Below are positions 61,643-64,000 of a stretch of 64,000 nt of DNA, piece by piece. A program made the translations under genes and the position numbers. The stretch's first letter is position 1; every line of letters begins with the position of its first letter. The notes beneath the pieces were generated by a model, which saw nothing but the letters and a program-made list of their open reading frames with translations, was not told the origin of the DNA and searched no databases. Source of the DNA: Camelus ferus (Eukaryota); NCBI RefSeq assembly GCF_009834535.1, contig NC_045698.1, positions 7,566,001-7,630,000 on the forward strand, in the 5' to 3' direction.

Positions 61643-62045
61643 TTGTTAGTTTTAATTTTATTTTCTTTTTCAGTTTTCAGTTTTATTGGGTGGAATTGTT
61701 ACAATTTGACTGCACATATACAGTATATTGCATGTAAATACATATACACAATAAACTGCATCTATTTTTAAGATTTACATCTATGTACTGTTCATTGTTT
61801 CTAAGAACGTTTAAAGCTTTAGCTTTTTAAACTTAGTTATCAAAGGAAAAAAGCCAACCCCAAATAAGAATTAATTCAAAAAGATACATACACCCTGCTA
61901 TTAACAGCAACGTTCTTTAAAATGCCACAATATGGAAGCATCCTAAGGGCGCATCAACAGAGGAATGGATAAAGAAGACGCAGTGTATATATATGGAATG
62001 CAGTACAACTCACCCATAAGAAAGAAGGCTGTTTCGGCCATTTGG
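61643..62045 (-). mobile_element. TSD-bounded chimeric retro-insertion (poly-A-tailed non-L1 segment + inverted L1 ORF2-end fragment)
   Basis: 18-bp TSD AATGGCTTCTAGCTTCTT (61625-61642) / AACGGCTTCTAGTTTCTT (62046-62063). T-rich tail 61643-61681; forward L1 sequence ~61835-62045. Confidence 0.75.
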
Positions 62046-62570
62046 AACGGCTTCTAGTTTCTTAACGAAGGCAGACTTCCTCCCCGAGGCCTCATAGTCT
62101 GAAGCTAACCTGCCTTTTTGTCTTCACTGTTTATCTGTCTGCCCTCTGTGTTTGGCTCACACTGGGCTGGTTTCCAGGCAGTGAACGTGGCCTGGGACTT
62201 CCTGCCTCTGTGCCTCGAAACACACAGGTTGTTCTCTTCATGGGAAACGTTTCTGCGTTCCCATGCCATGCTCCTCCCACCTCTAACTGTTCAAGTCACG
62301 TCCAGTTCTCAAACCCAGCCTGCACGCCAGCTCCTTCATAAAGCCACGTGCTCTCCCAAGCCCACAACTCAGTGGGATCACGCTGTCCCTCCCCTGCACC
62401 GCTTTGTAAAATCCTCGCGACAGGCCTCATTTTCTGCCCCGTGTTCTACTTGGGTGTATTCCTGACCATCCTCCCGCGTGATCATGAAATTCTCAAGCAC
62501 AACTTCTATGTCTTGTCCATCTTGTCATCTTCAATCTAGGATGGGTAGACAAGTAGTATAAAGATGAATG

Positions 62571-62699
62571 AGGGGGGAGGGTATAGCTCGAGTGGTAGAG
62601 CGCATGCCTAGTATCTTGGGCTCAACCCCCAGGACCTCCTCTAAAAATAAATAAACCTAATTACGTCCCTCCTCTCATCAAACCCCTCCCCCCCCAAAA
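62571..62699 (+). mobile_element. tRNA-derived SINE (Vic-1-like)
   Basis: ggggagggtatagctcgagtggtagagcgcatgc...; perfect 11-bp TSD AAAGATGAATG (62560-62570 / 62700-62710). Confidence 0.9.
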
Positions 62700-63926
62700 A
62701 AAGATGAATGGGATAAAATAACAGGCCATGTTGAAAAACAGGGTCAAAAGTAGACCAAAAAAATTGAAGACAATACCCATTAAAAAATTAGAAACAGGAA
62801 AGAGGAATCCAAATTGTGTCAGTTCTGGGACGACCCAGAGGAGAACGTGAAACTCTGGGTGGCAGAGACCCTGAGCGGGAGAAAGACTTCACTACTTCAC
62901 CGGCTTGTGCAGCTGTATTTTAAAATAGAGGCTACTGAGGATGGAATTTAGCCTGAACATTCTGGAATATTTTCTTAAAGAAAAACATTGGATCTCTGGA
63001 GACAACTCCACTGAAGCTTTGCGTCGGAAAGCTGGCCGGATGGGGGTGGATTCTGAAGTCTTTTTACTCTGGAGTTAACTTGCTTTTGAGGTACTTTATA
63101 GAGTGTGTGAGAGCAGGGAGCGTTCAGCAGGGAGCAGGCTTCCGAGTGCAAATCTCCATCCTTAAAACCATCTGCTCTGAACACACATGGAAACCGTTAC
63201 GTGTGGACCCGCTGAAATACGCTAAAAGGAAAGGTGATTTACATCATCTCTCTCCTTCCCATTTGCTTTTTGGGCTGTCATTAGAGTGAGGAACCTAGTC
63301 AGAGATTAAAAGAAAATAAGAAAAACAAAAATATTACCTTCTCCTCCAAAATGCCTGCAAAGTAAGGGGAAAAAATACTTGCTTCTTATTACTGCAAGAG
63401 AAAACTGAGACTGAAGCCGCTAGCAATGTGAAATCTAGTGGGTACGTTTTTCCCCTAGTGACTCTCAAAGCAGTAATATTTCCCCTCTTTTCCTTTTCTT
63501 CCTTTTCCCTCTCCTTTGTTACACTCATGAGGCTTGCTGACAAGGACTGTGAAGAGGCTCTGTAATGATCCGCAGGCATCCCCAACACTGGGGGCACATT
63601 AAAATGCATCGAGGAGCCCTGTAAGTCGGGGAGGAGCATCACGGAGCTTTGTTCGCTCGCTGGGGAGTAAAATGTGCTGGTGTTCCTGGGGCTCTGAGTA
63701 GCAGCTCAGTGGAGAGGCGGGGACTTCATGTCCCTGGAGCCTCCCTGATGGTGTTGGATTTCTGGGGTGCCCCAGTGTCCCAGCTGTCAGAGGTTTCAGG
63801 GAGGATGGATGTCAACCTGGAGACATGGAGATAGGCTAGGACCTGCCTCTGTGCTGAGAAGGGGTGGTGGGTACCTGGAAGGACCTCCACCCACCCAGAT
63901 ACTAAGTGTCTTACGTCAGGTGCTAA

Positions 63927-64000
63927 GTGTCTCACATCAGGCTCCCCAGAAGCAGAGCCTGGGACAGAGACATTATGCAAGGGGTTAATTGAGGCAGGGG
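63927..64000 (-). mobile_element. Edge of an ERVL LTR (LTR33/LTR16-like), cut by window edge
   Basis: tgtctcacatcaggctccccagaagcagagcctgggacaga...tgcaag resembles recalled LTR33 terminus. Confidence 0.45.

Noticed and set aside
1..64000. CRISPR arrays, operons or other prokaryote-type systems
   Set aside because: The sequence is mammalian intron/intergenic DNA with no repeat-spacer arrays or dense gene clusters.

Overview
Mammalian (very likely camelid) genomic DNA; the lineage call rests on five copies of a tRNA-derived SINE resembling camelid Vic-1 and on cetartiodactyl-type L1 3' ends. The window holds the 5' half of DAP (death-associated protein 1) on the minus strand. Coding exon 1 (32808-32862) lies in a CpG-island promoter (~32660-33460), intron 1 is 11,751 nt, and exon 2 is at 20960-21056. 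Positions 1-20959 are intron 2; I did not find exons 3-4, which presumably lie left of the window. Positions ~33.5-64 kb are upstream DNA with no other recognisable protein-coding gene. Much of the non-coding DNA is transposon-derived: L1 (several with readable target-site duplications, three with 5' inversions), MaLR/ERVL/ERV1 solo LTRs, hAT and Tc2 DNA-transposon relics, MIR/L2 and microsatellites. I found no convincing new biological system. The most notable items are a TSD-bounded chimeric retro-insertion carrying non-L1 polyadenylated sequence, a doubly inverted L1, a P4S change next to the DAP Ser3 phosphosite, an open alternative frame over DAP exons 1-2, and a dense E-box cluster ~13 kb upstream of DAP. 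Repeat subfamily names come from recalled consensus sequences and need RepeatMasker/Dfam confirmation.
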